The notes under the pieces were generated by a model. It was given only the letters and a program-made list of their open reading frames with translations, made no database searches and was not told where the DNA came from. Shown piece after piece: positions 19,937-29,888 of a stretch of DNA of 64,000 bases. Position 1 is the stretch's first letter; each line of letters begins with the position of its first letter. Where the stretch lies: positions 124,001 to 188,000 of IMG/VR virus record IMGVR_UViG_3300047445_000186, one strand, 5' to 3'. The position numbers were made by a program, and so were the translations under genes.

Positions 19937-20272
19937 ATGTCTGATTTGACCCGCCTTCGTGAACTCGCTGCTCTGCTCCGTCCTAAGGAACAAGTCGTCG
20001 AAGACACGCGTACTCAATCCGCTACTGATGCATTCGACGGTATCAAGTCGATCGTTGAGGACGCACTTGGTGATCTCGAAGACAAGCTCGGCGAAGGTGG
20101 TTCGCTTGAGACGCTTCTCGACAAGCAAGGTCTGACCGACCTGGATAAAAAGGCTGACGGTGATGGCGCTACGATGCTGCACCGCCTGGCTGTTCGCACG
20201 GAACAGTACAAGAAGGAAGTTTCCGACGTCCTGCTTGAAATTGAGCTGATGCTCGTTTCCGACGGTAAGTAA
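19937..20272 (+). CDS. Late protein, candidate head-internal
   Basis: TAAATA 19904, SD AGGAG; MSDLTRLRELAAL. Confidence 0.65.
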   Translation: MSDLTRLRELAALLRPKEQVVEDTRTQSATDAFDGIKSIVEDALGDLEDKLGEGGSLETLLDKQGLTDLDKKADGDGATMLHRLAVRTEQYKKEVSDVLLEIELMLVSDGK

Positions 20273-21162
20273 TGAACTTCCGCCAGCTGAATGAAACCGA
20301 CGGTGGGTTCGATTATTCGGGCCGCACCGCTGCAGGGATCGACAAGATCGGTGCCCTTGCAAAGCACGTCGTGAATAAGTTCGCGGGTGCAGCAGCTGGC
20401 GCGAAGTACGGTCTTCAGCGCGATCAAGCGATTGCCGCGAAAGACCAGGCAAAAGACCAAGCGAAAGCTGGTGCTGATGCAGAGGCTGAACAAGCCATGA
20501 ACACCCCAGGGTTTGCCTCGTTCACTGACGTGAACACAGCGCAAATCACGATCGCCGGTTTGATCGTTGATGCTGAACCCCGTGAAGGTGTGCAGATCGC
20601 TCCGTTCGAAAGCTTGAATGCTGCGCACTTCTTGAATGCTCAGAAAGCAGTTGAAGTGATGCAGAAGCGCTTTGACAAGTTCATGAAGGAACTCGTTGCA
20701 GACATTCGCTCTGCCTCGTACATCAAAGACTACGAGAAGAACGAAGTTCAAGAGCGCTTTGAAGACACGAATCCAAAGCGTGAAGCGAACTCCGAAGAGC
20801 TGCTCCATAAGAACGGATACGGCGAGCGGAATGCATGGATGCTCGCTCTGACGAGAGATGACCCGAACATCGGTACACGCGCGATCGTGCAGATGATCGG
20901 CAAGATCTCGAAAGACCACGAAGACAAGAATGGCTCTGGCGCTGACAAGACGAAGTACTTTGCCACTGGTTTGAACCTGGTGAACGTCGCCGGTTTCCAG
21001 ATGCGCGCAGTTCAATCTCGTCTGGAAGGCGTGATCGCAATGCTTGATGAGCTCGAGAGCGAGCCACGTCAAGAGACCGCTCCTGCAGAGAAGCCTGGCG
21101 CTGATCAAGTTGATCACGCGCAGAACAAAGAAGTCCTGACGGGTCTTCGCAAGTACAAGTAA
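20272..21162 (+). CDS. Late protein, candidate head-internal
   Basis: MNFRQLNE N-terminus; TAATG coupling. Confidence 0.65.
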   Translation: MNFRQLNETDGGFDYSGRTAAGIDKIGALAKHVVNKFAGAAAGAKYGLQRDQAIAAKDQAKDQAKAGADAEAEQAMNTPGFASFTDVNTAQITIAGLIVDAEPREGVQIAPFESLNAAHFLNAQKAVEVMQKRFDKFMKELVADIRSASYIKDYEKNEVQERFEDTNPKREANSEELLHKNGYGERNAWMLALTRDDPNIGTRAIVQMIGKISKDHEDKNGSGADKTKYFATGLNLVNVAGFQMRAVQSRLEGVIAMLDELESEPRQETAPAEKPGADQVDHAQNKEVLTGLRKYK

Positions 21163-21543
21163 TTCGTAACGGTTACACACCGTTACCCAGGATTACGACT
21201 TTGGTGGTATGATTTCATCATGCACACCACTCCTGAACTCTGGCTGGTAATCTTCGTAGTCGCAGTCTTTGCGCTTACGATAATCGGCGGCCTGATCGGT
21301 TGCTGGTGGTTCTCCCATCATCCGTCGAATGATCTGGACCTCTGGAACGAAACGGGGTTCGGTCGATTGACGGATCTGTGATACAATAGAATCCACAAAC
21401 CCGCAGCAAAATCATGAATCCCGACACCGCAATCCTCCTACTCAAAATCTGCTTTGGCGCAGTAGGCGCGGTCGCGATGACGGTCTCGATCGTCGGTGCT
21501 TTGCGCTCCGTCGAGCGCCTGGACAAGAAGGATAAAGAAGAAG

Positions 21544-22497
21544 ATGCGATCTGATTTCAACAAGCTCCTGACCGAGCGCGAGCGTTACGGCTCTGACCGT
21601 TCGTTCCACAGCGTTCGTCACTCGAAGCAGTCCGCTGCGGACGACTACTACGGTGGTCGCCAGAGCATGAAGAAGCGTCACCGCCTGGCCCAAGGTCGCG
21701 GTCACGGTCTGAAGCAGTTCAACGAGAACTTGAACCCGCTGAAGAACTTCCTGCGCGTGAACGTGGGCCGTCCTTGGGACAAGATCTACAGCGAGATCCG
21801 CACGAACTTCGATGCTCGGAAGGTGATCAACAACCACATCCTCGAGCACCTGTTCCAGTACGTCGAGAAGGACGTGAAGATCATCGACGGGAAGCCACAC
21901 GTCCTGTTCCAGTACCGCGGTGGCGGGAAGTGGGAGCACGTCTCCGAGTCGTACAGCGACTACTACATCGATCCTCGCGATGGGATCATGAAGGAAACCA
22001 AGCGGAACGAGACCAAGCGTCGTCGCGAAGCTCGCCAGGCCGAGAAGACCGAGCAGCTCCTGCACAAGGTGAAGCGCGTGATCGATGGCGGCACCGAGCT
22101 CCATCGCCTGAACGGGATCTGGTACGTCATCGAAATCAAGGACGTTCCTCCCCCTCGCATCGAGTACCAAATGCCGTACGGCTGGAACATCGCCGATCGC
22201 ATTCGTTGGCGGAATATGACCGACGCTGAACGTGTCGAGCACGGCACTCGCCGCGAAGTCCACGATCACCACCCGATGTCGCTCGAGTCCGACGATGGCG
22301 AAGCGTACAAGTACATCGATCACCAGCGCTTCAAGTACAGCCACGGCTGGAACGCCACGCTCTTCAAGAAGTACTACGCTTCGAAGGTGACCGCCTCGGC
22401 GAAGATCCTGAAGGAGCACGGTCTTGTCGGAACCGCGCTGCACGACGATGACGTCGGTGTTCTCTCCCATCGCGAACGCTCGAAGTACCGCGAATGA
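21544..22497 (+). CDS. Conserved basic hypothetical protein
   Basis: LNPLKNFLRVNVGRPWDKIYSEI; GC-rich third codon positions. Confidence 0.7.
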   Translation: MRSDFNKLLTERERYGSDRSFHSVRHSKQSAADDYYGGRQSMKKRHRLAQGRGHGLKQFNENLNPLKNFLRVNVGRPWDKIYSEIRTNFDARKVINNHILEHLFQYVEKDVKIIDGKPHVLFQYRGGGKWEHVSESYSDYYIDPRDGIMKETKRNETKRRREARQAEKTEQLLHKVKRVIDGGTELHRLNGIWYVIEIKDVPPPRIEYQMPYGWNIADRIRWRNMTDAERVEHGTRREVHDHHPMSLESDDGEAYKYIDHQRFKYSHGWNATLFKKYYASKVTASAKILKEHGLVGTALHDDDVGVLSHRERSKYRE

Positions 22498-22621
22498 GCT
22501 GGTTCCTGCTGCTGATCTGGTTGCTGTTCCTCGAAGTGAGGAGCCGCAGGCCAGGTAAGCGCAGGAAATACCGAGACTCGTACCGCTGGCCAGCAAAACG
22601 CAAACCTCCTCGGAGACGCAG

Positions 22622-22816
22622 ATGATGATCGGCAAGAGCAAACTCGCGTTCCTGAAGCTTGGATACGACAAGCCGTTCAAGCCGCACTCAAGACCTGCGA
22701 TTGCCGATTGCCAGAAGCTCGTTCAAAAGGGCCTGCTTCTCGACTACGGTGATGACCACTTCAAGGCCTCTGAGAAGGGTCGAGCGCACTGGACAGTGCA
22801 CAAAAACCGACCATAG
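22622..22816 (+). CDS. Small hypothetical protein (winged-helix-like C-terminus)
   Basis: LVQKGLL...F.ASEKG; SD GGAG. Confidence 0.45.
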   Translation: MMIGKSKLAFLKLGYDKPFKPHSRPAIADCQKLVQKGLLLDYGDDHFKASEKGRAHWTVHKNRP

Positions 22817-22906
22817 CCGGTCTGCGTAAATACTTTCGCGAACACAACAGACTTTAATTTTGCGGCCTTAGTCTGTGGCCGGTTGAAGATGTTCGGAAAG
22901 TAGAAA

Positions 22907-23794
22907 ATGATGTACTCATCAAAGTTTGCCGTCGCCATCAAGAACGCCGGCAAGATTCTCCGCGAAACGTCGAACTCAGATGCTTTCTCGGTCGCTCTCC
23001 CATTCGGTGCAGAGTATCAAATCCACCTGAAGAACATGAACTCGGTTCGAGCCTTGGTGAAGGTCGAAATCGATGGCGTTGACGCAACTGGCGGAACGCG
23101 ACTGATCGTGCCTGCAAATGGCGTGATTGACCTCGAGCGTTTCATCAAAGAGAACGATACGAACATCGGCAATCGGTTCAAGTTCATCGAGCGCTCTGCG
23201 AAGATCGAGAACGGTCCTCGCGGAATTCGCGTCGAAGACGGCCTGGTCCGAGTCGAGTTCGAATTTGAACGTGAACCTACGCCAATCAACGACCATCAGA
23301 TCCGTCACCAGCTCCTAACAGACACGTACTTCACGAAACATCTGGGCGGTTCGCTGAGCGGCCATGGGTACACGACCACGAATGCGATCGGCGACACCTG
23401 GCTGAACGGAGGGCCTCGCGGTCAGATCACCTATAGTGCTAACAGCGCTTCGGCATCCGGTGTCTCCGGCGTCGCCTCTGGGGCTCTGGGCAGTACTACG
23501 CATACCTTCACGCCATCTTCTGTGAAACAGGCGGCTTTCTCGGCACAAGTAAATGACGTCGGGATCACGGTTCCTGGCTCGATCTCTGAACAGAAGTTCG
23601 TCCAAGGCGCGTGGTTCCCAACTGACGGCGTGAAACACGTAATGGTGCTTAAGATCGTTGGCGAACTTCAGGGTAAGCTCGTCGAGGTCCCCGTTACCGT
23701 GAAGGCCAAACCAACATGCGTAACATGCGGCACGGTTAACAAAGGCAATGCTAAGTTCTGTCGCGAATGCGGCACAGCACTGACTGTCGTATAA
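22907..23794 (+). CDS. Hypothetical protein with C-terminal zinc ribbon
   Basis: CVTCG...AKFCRECG; TAAATA 22827. Confidence 0.7.
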   Translation: MMYSSKFAVAIKNAGKILRETSNSDAFSVALPFGAEYQIHLKNMNSVRALVKVEIDGVDATGGTRLIVPANGVIDLERFIKENDTNIGNRFKFIERSAKIENGPRGIRVEDGLVRVEFEFEREPTPINDHQIRHQLLTDTYFTKHLGGSLSGHGYTTTNAIGDTWLNGGPRGQITYSANSASASGVSGVASGALGSTTHTFTPSSVKQAAFSAQVNDVGITVPGSISEQKFVQGAWFPTDGVKHVMVLKIVGELQGKLVEVPVTVKAKPTCVTCGTVNKGNAKFCRECGTALTVV

Positions 23795-23878
23795 AAAGGC
23801 GGCGCCGTACAAAACACCGATAAACCGCCCGAAATCGGCGTGGAGCTGGAACCACGTACGGCGCCGCATAAAACCACC

Positions 23879-24343
23879 TTAGCGAGCATCACCTTCAGTC
23901 GAGTAGTCCGCTGAGTACTCCGGAAAGTCGGTCGGCTTTAGAACTCGCTTGTGCAGAGCTAGGGTGAAAGCCCATAGCTCTGATTTGATTCCTCGTATCG
24001 AACTGCAGTCCTCTGAGTAGATTCCAATTGGTGTCTCAGAAAATCTGCATGGCACACCATTGTCGTCATAGTAAACGGCGCGAATGTCTCTCCACGATTC
24101 TCCATCTTCAGTGAACTCCATTATCCGGTAGTTCCAATGTCTCAAGGCAACTTTATCGTCCTCGATAGGAAGCTCATTACGGTTTGCCGGCCGTGCAGAT
24201 CGACGGCGCGGTGAAGCAGGCGATCCGCCCTTTGGTACCCGTGGTTCGTTAGCTGGTCGAAGTCGACGCACAGGTCGATCTTTTCCTGATTCGTCATCTT
24301 TGTCCATTGTGCCTGTCCATAAGTCTTGCGTATCTTGAGCCAC
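23879..24343 (-). CDS. Hypothetical protein (true start probably ~24145, HWNYRIM)
   Basis: WNYRIM...VYYDDNGVP phage motif. Confidence 0.5.
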   Translation of the reverse strand: MAQDTQDLWTGTMDKDDESGKDRPVRRLRPANEPRVPKGGSPASPRRRSARPANRNELPIEDDKVALRHWNYRIMEFTEDGESWRDIRAVYYDDNGVPCRFSETPIGIYSEDCSSIRGIKSELWAFTLALHKRVLKPTDFPEYSADYSTEGDAR

Positions 24344-24402
24344 ACATGCGCGATTGGCATGTGCAACTCAAGTGCAAAACTCTCGTCTAGTTCATCATTC
24401 AC
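24142..24402 (-). CDS. Hypothetical protein
   Basis: ATGA-coupled to H-NS stop. Confidence 0.55.
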   Translation of the reverse strand: MNDELDESFALELHMPIAHVWLKIRKTYGQAQWTKMTNQEKIDLCVDFDQLTNHGYQRADRLLHRAVDLHGRQTVMSFLSRTIKLP

Positions 24403-24815
24403 GCTGCTTTGACGCGGAATTCTTCCTTGTCATGGCCAGCTTGAACAGCTTCCCGCAGCCAGCGTGGCGTACTCCCTCCACCCGACCACTTGTTCCCATT
24501 CTCGTCCGAGTACTTCACCGCCTTCGGAACTCCAGCGAGAGGTCCACGGTGAACCTTCTCCTTCCTCGACTTGCTGTGCACTGCTTGAGCGCGCTTTGAC
24601 ACGACCTTCTTCGCGGGTTTCTGCTTCGCGACTGCCTTGACCTTCTTGAGCGACACACCATCTGCAGCGTACAGATCGGCCGCGGTGATGCTGTACACGG
24701 CGATTGCTTCGCGAATGCGCTTGATCACGCCATCAGCTTCGCGCTGACGCATTGCGTTCGCTTTGTCTTGGAGCGCAGCTATTTGCGCCATCAATGCTTC
24801 GTACGATCTTGCCAT
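24399..24815 (-). CDS. hns: H-NS family nucleoid-associated protein (Burkholderiales type)
   Basis: SYEALMAQIAALQ..IREAIAVYSITAADL..KYSDENGNKWSGGGSTPRWL; SD GAGGAG. Confidence 0.88.
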   Translation of the reverse strand: MARSYEALMAQIAALQDKANAMRQREADGVIKRIREAIAVYSITAADLYAADGVSLKKVKAVAKQKPAKKVVSKRAQAVHSKSRKEKVHRGPLAGVPKAVKYSDENGNKWSGGGSTPRWLREAVQAGHDKEEFRVKAA

Positions 24816-24825
24816 TCTTTGCTCC

Positions 24826-25188
24826 TCAGATTTGCTTCAACCATTCACGGATTTTCTGGCCGTCAGATTCGACGTTCGCCAGAATGCGGCCGATCAAGGC
24901 CTTGTCGCGCTCATTGAACGTGACACAGTTAACCTTCAGAGCATGCAGCAAATTCGCGCAGTACCCCTCAGTGATGTACAGAGCCCACGCAAGTTCGCGT
25001 TGTCTGAGTTGTTCAAATGATTTGGCTGGGTGATTCTGCTTGGCTCCAAGTCCGTTCAGATAGTTCGTCAAGACTCTGGCAGGCGGCTTTGGCGTCTTAT
25101 TCCGCTCTCGTACTATTGACTCGAAGTCGATGATTTTGGCGGTACGTGGCTTCATTGCGGGCCGTCTTTTCGGTGCAGCTGCTGGCAT
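24826..25188 (-). CDS. Hypothetical protein
   Basis: SD AGGAGG on - strand. Confidence 0.65.
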   Translation of the reverse strand: MPAAAPKRRPAMKPRTAKIIDFESIVRERNKTPKPPARVLTNYLNGLGAKQNHPAKSFEQLRQRELAWALYITEGYCANLLHALKVNCVTFNERDKALIGRILANVESDGQKIREWLKQI

Positions 25189-25328
25189 GTATCCTCCTAG
25201 AGGTTGGGCGATTTAATAAAAAGTGTCCTGAATTAGGACACGTGTTCATTTTAATTCGTGAACCTGAGTCCGACTCCTTGTTACCTTCGTTACGAAGTGG
25301 AACAATTAAATAGACCGGAGGTCATGAT

Positions 25329-25874
25329 ATGAAATACTGGTCGCGCGTGCATTTGCCGAATTACGAAGAAGGTGCAGCGAAAATTATGGAGTGGGTCGAG
25401 CAGCGGAGATACACCAAGAACGGACACTTCTGGAACCACGTTGGAGCGACAGTGCTAAGGGCGCTCGCTCCTGGACTGTTCGAAGATTTGAAGCCATATG
25501 GTGTCGTCACGTACGCAGCAATTCTCGTCTCCCCTCCAGGCCTGATGAACATTCACATCGATGACGAAGCAACGAATCTCGGTGTTCAAGCTCGTATTCA
25601 GATTCCACTGAAGAACACTGCTGGTACCGAGACCCGTTTTTACTCAATTGAGCACGCAGTTCCTATCAAGACTCCAACCACGAATGGTCTGCACTTCTGG
25701 CGGTACGATGAGGAGCAGTGCGAGCAAGTTGACATGGTCAGCGTGACTGAGCCGACCATTCTCCGAATCAGCGCGCCGCACGCAGTTTACGTGCCGCCAA
25801 ATGCGCCGAAGCGATACGCCTTGACTCTCCGCCTTACCAATGATCCAGTGAGATACCTAGATGAGCACTCCTAA
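25329..25874 (+). CDS. 2OG-Fe(II)/cupin oxygenase-like protein
   Basis: HID...PHAV...R; TAAATA 25307, SD GGAGG. Confidence 0.7.
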   Translation: MKYWSRVHLPNYEEGAAKIMEWVEQRRYTKNGHFWNHVGATVLRALAPGLFEDLKPYGVVTYAAILVSPPGLMNIHIDDEATNLGVQARIQIPLKNTAGTETRFYSIEHAVPIKTPTTNGLHFWRYDEEQCEQVDMVSVTEPTILRISAPHAVYVPPNAPKRYALTLRLTNDPVRYLDEHS

Positions 25875-26484
25875 AAACATTTCAAGCCTGTTCAAAATCG
25901 AATGGGACAAAGTTATCAGTCAAGTTCAAGAAATCTCGAAGCTCGAGAAGGTTAGTTTCACTGGTGGTGGATGGGGAGGCTGGAGCCTGACGTCAAACAC
26001 CGGGAAGTTCGCCGATGGTTGGGAAGCCGGTCAGCTCGCGTTCAAGCGCGACGAGGACGGGAACATCTACAAGGATGAAGAGCTTGCCAAGAAGCTTGGC
26101 GTTCAAAAGCACGGTGCCCATAACAAATACACCGAGATCGCCACGCCAGAGTTGATGTCGTGCGTTCAGCAGGTTGCGAAGTACGGTCTCAGACCTGATC
26201 GTGCCAGAATTACGCAGCTCTCTCCGACTCAACACGCGCAATGGCACACAGATGGAACGCCGGAGATCGACACATTCCGCGTGCACTTCGTATTTGAGAC
26301 GAACCCCGAGGCGTTCTTCTATACTCAGGCCGGAACATTCCATCTTGAAGCACGGCAAGTGTACATGGTGAAGGTGAATGATCTGCACAAGGTCGAGAAC
26401 CTTGGTGAGACAAAGCGAACCCATCTGATCATGGACATCTTCGCTCCACGGGCAAAGTACTTCTACTATGTTGCCGCCCTATAA
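25861..26484 (+). CDS. Asp/Asn beta-hydroxylase-like 2OG-Fe(II) oxygenase
   Basis: WHTD..RVHF..TNP..LHKVENLGETKRTHLIMD. Confidence 0.75.
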   Translation: MSTPKNISSLFKIEWDKVISQVQEISKLEKVSFTGGGWGGWSLTSNTGKFADGWEAGQLAFKRDEDGNIYKDEELAKKLGVQKHGAHNKYTEIATPELMSCVQQVAKYGLRPDRARITQLSPTQHAQWHTDGTPEIDTFRVHFVFETNPEAFFYTQAGTFHLEARQVYMVKVNDLHKVENLGETKRTHLIMDIFAPRAKYFYYVAAL

Positions 26485-27055
26485 GTCACTCGACTTCAAG
26501 TTGTTGTCTGATGAGGCGATCAAGAAGATCGCTGATTTTGTTCTGGCAAAGCCTGAAGTAATCCAATCACACGTGTCTACCGTGACTGGTAAGTACGATG
26601 GGATCAGCTATCCGAAGCCACAAGCATTGACGGCGATCTTGGGGCTGATCAGAGCCGAGTACAAGATCATCCGTGAATCTTGCACGCTGCCATTCGAACC
26701 GTCTCTGATTTACTGCAAGCCAGGCACTGTCGTTCAGCGCCATGCCGACGGAAAGAAGTCAACTCGGATGTGCACGATCATTACGCCGATCCATCCATTG
26801 ACTGAGTACGCGCCAACAATGTTCTGGCAGAGCTGGAACGCGAGATCACCACGCGCGGTGCTTACGATTGATAAGCTCCCTGCACTCGTGAACATCCAAG
26901 AGCTGCACAGTCTGACGAACGGCTCTGAGCCTCGATTCAACTTCCAACTCGGCTTTGGCGAACCGTACGAGGTCGTTCTTGACTTACTTCAGCGGGGTGA
27001 GTTGTTCAAGAAGCTCGGTGAACGTGCAAGTCCACTTGTCTCTGAACTGAATTGA
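26468..27055 (+). CDS. 2OG-Fe(II)/cupin oxygenase-like protein
   Basis: HAD...LHSLTN..RFNFQ. Confidence 0.7.
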   Translation: MLPPYKSLDFKLLSDEAIKKIADFVLAKPEVIQSHVSTVTGKYDGISYPKPQALTAILGLIRAEYKIIRESCTLPFEPSLIYCKPGTVVQRHADGKKSTRMCTIITPIHPLTEYAPTMFWQSWNARSPRAVLTIDKLPALVNIQELHSLTNGSEPRFNFQLGFGEPYEVVLDLLQRGELFKKLGERASPLVSELN

Positions 27056-27916
27056 TCGAGCCTCAAGCAGGGGCGTGTGATTCCGATGGTACAGAACTGG
27101 AACCATCTCAGCACCAGTGAACTTCATTCGATTGGCAAGCTCAGGCCAATACTTCTTGTACACTTTGTACTTCACGTACCTTGAGTTCTCGAAGATTTTC
27201 GTGGCGATCTTGTCTTCACCCATAGCGAGTCGTTCAATTAATGGCTCGCGCATCATCGACAGAACAATCTCAGGCGTGTGCTCAAAGAATCCGAGTCCAC
27301 CGAGAATACCTTCGGAGATTGCATATCGATACCAAGCGAGAATGTGCTCGAGCTGAACGTACTTCCATTCAGTGCCGAACTTCTCGAGGTACATGTCACC
27401 GTTCCCCATCACTGGCAGACCGTTCCACTCGTTCCAAATCACATTCATGAGCTTCATGTGTGGAACCATGCCGAACGTATCAGCCTGAGATTGAGTGAAC
27501 ATCGTCCGAGCTTCATTCGTCACGATCCAATTCTCGATCGTGATCATGTAGTACTCGGGATTCAGATTCATGCTCTTGCAGAACTGTTCAACATACGCGA
27601 TCTCATGAACGTTCTTGTCTTGCGTGAATCTGAACGTGGCGATCTTGAACGGCACGTCGGCCTCAATGAACGCCTTCACGACTACTTCGCTGTCCATGCC
27701 GCCACTGAGCATCACAACTGGAATCCGACCGAGGCTCTTTGCCTGTTCGCTCAGGAGCTTTGCAACGTTCACGCACTCTTCACGGAATGTACCAGGTTCG
27801 CGAGTGCAACGAGAGAACGAACATTGCAAGGTGTTCTCAGCGATCTTATCGTTCGGGTTGAACAGCCCGCCCTCGTATCCGAACTGAACGTGATCATCAA
27901 GTGTAAAGGGTAGCAT
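26984..27916 (-). CDS. PP-loop adenine nucleotide alpha-hydrolase (Asn-synthase-like)
   Basis: VMLSGGMDSE; TAAATA on - strand at 27944-27949. Confidence 0.7.
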   Translation of the reverse strand: MLPFTLDDHVQFGYEGGLFNPNDKIAENTLQCSFSRCTREPGTFREECVNVAKLLSEQAKSLGRIPVVMLSGGMDSEVVVKAFIEADVPFKIATFRFTQDKNVHEIAYVEQFCKSMNLNPEYYMITIENWIVTNEARTMFTQSQADTFGMVPHMKLMNVIWNEWNGLPVMGNGDMYLEKFGTEWKYVQLEHILAWYRYAISEGILGGLGFFEHTPEIVLSMMREPLIERLAMGEDKIATKIFENSRYVKYKVYKKYWPELANRMKFTGAEMVPVLYHRNHTPLLEARSIQFRDKWTCTFTELLEQLTPLK

Positions 27917-27961
27917 TTTGGAATCGGTAAATACTCGAGCAAATATTTAGAAGTGCCCTCG

Positions 27962-28519
27962 ATGTCAAAGTACTCCAAGAATCTCGTGATCCCTTTCGAA
28001 CTCGATCTGTTCCCTTCAGTGAAGGCTTCAGGTGAAGGAGCGCCACTGGACAAGCTTGGTCACTTCAAGTACGACAAGAGCTCGCTGCCGCAAGAGCTGA
28101 TTGAGTTCATGCGCGAGCGTGATCTACAACCAGGACATTGTGAGGTGTTCTACACTCCGCCTGGCGCGTCACTGCCGATTCACGTTGATGGCGAGAAGCT
28201 CTCTAATTTGGCGAAGATCAATTGGTGCTACGGCGGACCAGGGAGCATGATGACTTGGTACAAGCTTCTCGTGCCTGAATCAGAGGTTGAACAGAAGCAA
28301 ACTGGTCTTGAGACCAGCTATCTGATTCCGTCGTTCAAGCAGTGCCGAATGATTCACTCTGCGAAGATCGGGTTGCCTACTCTCGTGAACGTTGGAGTGC
28401 CGCATGCCGTGATCAATCCTTCACGTGTCGGACGATGGGTGCTTAGCGTAGTGCCGTACGACCTGCAATTAGGCAGCAATCTGTCATTCGACGTTGCTCT
28501 GGAGCGGCTCAGCCGATAA
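27962..28519 (+). CDS. 2OG-Fe(II)/cupin oxygenase-like protein
   Basis: IHVD...PHAVIN..R; TAAATA 27928. Confidence 0.7.
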   Translation: MSKYSKNLVIPFELDLFPSVKASGEGAPLDKLGHFKYDKSSLPQELIEFMRERDLQPGHCEVFYTPPGASLPIHVDGEKLSNLAKINWCYGGPGSMMTWYKLLVPESEVEQKQTGLETSYLIPSFKQCRMIHSAKIGLPTLVNVGVPHAVINPSRVGRWVLSVVPYDLQLGSNLSFDVALERLSR

Positions 28520-29264
28520 ACTCTGGGAGCGCTTTCTTACTGAGGTGTGCGAGATTACCGTACTTCTGAACAGAGCGCTCGAGCAGATCTTCGCACTTCT
28601 CCAAATTCATCGTGGCTCGAGTGAAGATCATCAAGATCTTGATGTGATCGTCGTGATAGGAACTGCCATGCTTTGCTCGCACGTTGTTCCAACCGAATAC
28701 GTTCGTGTCTGTCCGCGCCAGTGGCAGAATTGGATTTGAATTGCTCGCACCAGGAACGCATTGGCGAATGAACAACGTCTCTCTTGGGTTGTTGTCGTAC
28801 AGCATGATTCGGAAGCTGGACGGCATGTCTTCCCATGGAGACTGATCACGATGAAGACCAACTGGTCGTTCACTTGACCATAGCGAGAACTCAGGCTCTC
28901 CATCAAATGGAAGCGCCTTGATGCCTTCTGCAATCTCAGGGAATTCAGTCAGAACATCGTGCTTGTTCTGCTCCCAGATATCGTCAAGCTGATTCGGAGA
29001 GTTCACACTCAAGAACGTTCGGTCTGCTTTGTACGCATCACCCGCAACGTCAGCTCGGACCTTGTTCACGGTTTTTGCGCGCTCAAGGAACCACGACAAG
29101 AACAGCTCAGGATCGTTCGGCTTGATTGATGGAATATCAAGCGGAAGGTACATGTACTTCCCGTACTTGTGCTCAAGAAGACCGAGCTTGATCCGCTGGC
29201 CCTTGTACCTCTTGTCGAGATACGCGTTCCGCCATTCAATGATGTTCTGTCGTTCAGTGCTCAT
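28509..29264 (-). CDS. Oxygenase-like protein (HxD...H)
   Basis: LHRD...KHGS; TAAATA-N4-ATG on - strand. Confidence 0.6.
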   Translation of the reverse strand: MSTERQNIIEWRNAYLDKRYKGQRIKLGLLEHKYGKYMYLPLDIPSIKPNDPELFLSWFLERAKTVNKVRADVAGDAYKADRTFLSVNSPNQLDDIWEQNKHDVLTEFPEIAEGIKALPFDGEPEFSLWSSERPVGLHRDQSPWEDMPSSFRIMLYDNNPRETLFIRQCVPGASNSNPILPLARTDTNVFGWNNVRAKHGSSYHDDHIKILMIFTRATMNLEKCEDLLERSVQKYGNLAHLSKKALPEFIG

Positions 29265-29300
29265 GGGTTATTTAGCCTAGCCGCGCCCCGTAAATATCAG

Positions 29301-29888
29301 ATGAAAGCACGCCAAACTACCATTGCAGATCGTCCCCAGATTGAAGCGATCGTGAAGTCTAACCCGAAGATGTACGGAGCTGACATCACTCGGTATCACA
29401 GCATCACGATCCATCGATTCGTTGGGCACGTGGTTGGCGATCTGGCGAAGACTGCATGGTGTGTCGAAGACGACGAGGGTCAGATCGTCGGACTGGCGAT
29501 TCAGTTCTGGTGGACCTCAATGCCGGCCTGGTCGATTGCCTCTCTGTTCTTCAAGAATGAACCTGGCAAGAATCAGTTCAACGCGCACAAGATTGGCGCC
29601 GTCCTGGTGAATGCGATGTGCAAAGAAGCCGAATCCCGAAAGATGTACGACTTCTACTACGTAGTAAGAGATAATGAATCTCTTCGTAAGAACATGAGCT
29701 TGAGCGTGAACGACGAATTCACGGAGAGGTACGAGATCAACGATCTGTTCCTGCTGCATCCGTACACTTCGCCGATCTACCCGATGTTCAAGAACATGCT
29801 CGGACACGTAATTGGGCGGAACCGCAAACCAGTGGTTTTCCGCCTTGCATCGCTTAAGAGCAAATATAGGCCGTCTGTATGGGTGTGA
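29301..29888 (+). CDS. GNAT-like fold protein
   Basis: VEDDEGQIVG...KIGAVLVNAMCKEAE; TAAATA-N4-ATG. Confidence 0.5.
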   Translation: MKARQTTIADRPQIEAIVKSNPKMYGADITRYHSITIHRFVGHVVGDLAKTAWCVEDDEGQIVGLAIQFWWTSMPAWSIASLFFKNEPGKNQFNAHKIGAVLVNAMCKEAESRKMYDFYYVVRDNESLRKNMSLSVNDEFTERYEINDLFLLHPYTSPIYPMFKNMLGHVIGRNRKPVVFRLASLKSKYRPSVWV

